Part shown: positions 63,291 through 64,000 of the stretch, piece after piece | Layout of the letters: each line of letters opens with the position of its first letter | Numbering within the stretch: the first letter of the stretch is position 1 | Source: an uncultured Acidobacteriota bacterium | Lineage (GTDB): Bacteria; Acidobacteriota; Vicinamibacteria; Vicinamibacterales; SCN-69-37 | NCBI GenBank assembly: GCA_963724955.1 | Contig: CAVRWQ010000007.1 | Span: 241,505 to 305,504, forward strand | DNA length: 64,000 nt | Reading direction: 5' to 3' | The notes under the pieces: generated by a model | Told to the model about the DNA's origin: nothing | What the model saw: the letters and a program-made list of their open reading frames with translations, nothing else | Database searches by the model: none | Made by a program: the position numbers and the translations under genes

Positions 63291-64000
63291 TCATTGCGCC
63301 GCGAGCGTGCTGCGCGGGATGACGCGGCCCCTTACGAGCAGCGTGTCGATGGTGTCGAAGGCCGAAGTCGAGACGAGTGGATTCTCGCGAAGCAGCAGCA
63401 GGCTCGCGATCTTGCCGCGTTCGATCGTGCCGTAGTCGGCGGCGAGGCCGAAGAGGCGCGCGTTTTCGGACGTAGCGGCCGCCAGCAGTTGCTGAGGTGA
63501 CAGCCCAGCCGCCTCGAGCGTCCGGAGCTCGAGATAGCCGTTGTAGCCAGGCGGGTTGGCGTAGGTCGGCGCGGACGGCGTGTCGCTGCCGAAGAGGATC
63601 CGGCCGCCTTGACGCGCGAAGTGCACCGCCGCTCGCTGTCCTCGAGCCTGTACGTCCTGAAAGATCGCGCGGACGCGCTCTGGCGGGGCTCCGGGGAAGT
63701 CCCGCGCCATCTCGCGCGCGAACCATCGGCCGGGTTCGCTCTGGTACCACGACAGCAGCGCCGCAGGCAGCACGAGACGCAATTGCCGATCCTCGAGGAA
63801 CCGAGGGTCGAAGAGATCGCCCAACCCTCCGATGACGCGCAATGTCGGCATCATGCCGACCCCGCGTGCCCGCTCAGCGTCCACGACAGTCCGCACGTCC
63901 TCCGGCAACGTCGAGTCAGCGACGGATCCTTGCCAATTCCAGAGCCCATGAACGACGGCGTCGGCTTCGACTGACGTCGCAAACTTGTGAGCGCTTAGGG
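63291..64000 (-). CDS. Amidohydrolase-family protein, 3' part (partial, frameshift ~63910)
   Basis: VHGLW, MPTL, LFGSDTP, GTIERGKIASLLLL.ENPL and VRGR. Confidence 0.85.
   Translation of the reverse strand, partial: LSAHKFATSVEADAVVHGLWNWQGSVADSTLPEDVRTVVDAERARGVGMMPTLRVIGGLGDLFDPRFLEDRQLRLVLPAALLSWYQSEPGRWFAREMARDFPGAPPERVRAIFQDVQARGQRAAVHFARQGGRILFGSDTPSAPTYANPPGYNGYLELRTLEAAGLSPQQLLAAATSENARLFGLAADYGTIERGKIASLLLLRENPLVSTSAFDTIDTLLVRGRVIPRSTLAAQ

Overview
This is a high-GC bacterial chromosomal segment, most likely Acidobacteriota of the Vicinamibacteria type. That assignment is inferred from the PadR plus duplicated orphan permease pair, the DUF1592/DUF1552 cluster and the TIGR02999-type ECF with its kinase. 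Many genes carry single-base indels, concentrated at about 8.4-17 kb, 37-40 kb and 55-62.7 kb. These look like long-read errors, so such genes are reported as joined spans. From left to right the window holds: an OmpA/LolA-like pair, nhaA, a GH43 glycosidase, an ECF42 sigma with its YciI partner, a beta-helix protein and a ~8.8 kb giant surface protein with about 11 DUF11 repeats and a C-terminal barrel. Next come an arylsulfatase, PadR plus permease, a chrB-like regulator with a Tat-signal SufS-like enzyme lacking the catalytic Cys, a VOC lipoprotein and a membrane protein/trypsin pair. These are followed by a DUF1552/DUF1592 cytochrome and glycosidase operon, a double hybrid histidine kinase and two DUF4136 genes. 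A ~9 kb module then combines an ECF sigma and a Ser/Thr kinase-ATPase with a poly-gamma-glutamate hydrolase, an unknown secreted protein, a propeller-metalloprotease and a HEAT protein; two of its operons share the same 37-bp promoter. The window ends with a sterol desaturase, a sigma54-promoter OmpA, a porin-kdpF-A-C-B-D' cluster and a partial amidohydrolase. Several families of REP-like hairpins occur, and one family sits inside coding sequences. No rRNA, tRNA, CRISPR array, integrase or transposase was recognised.
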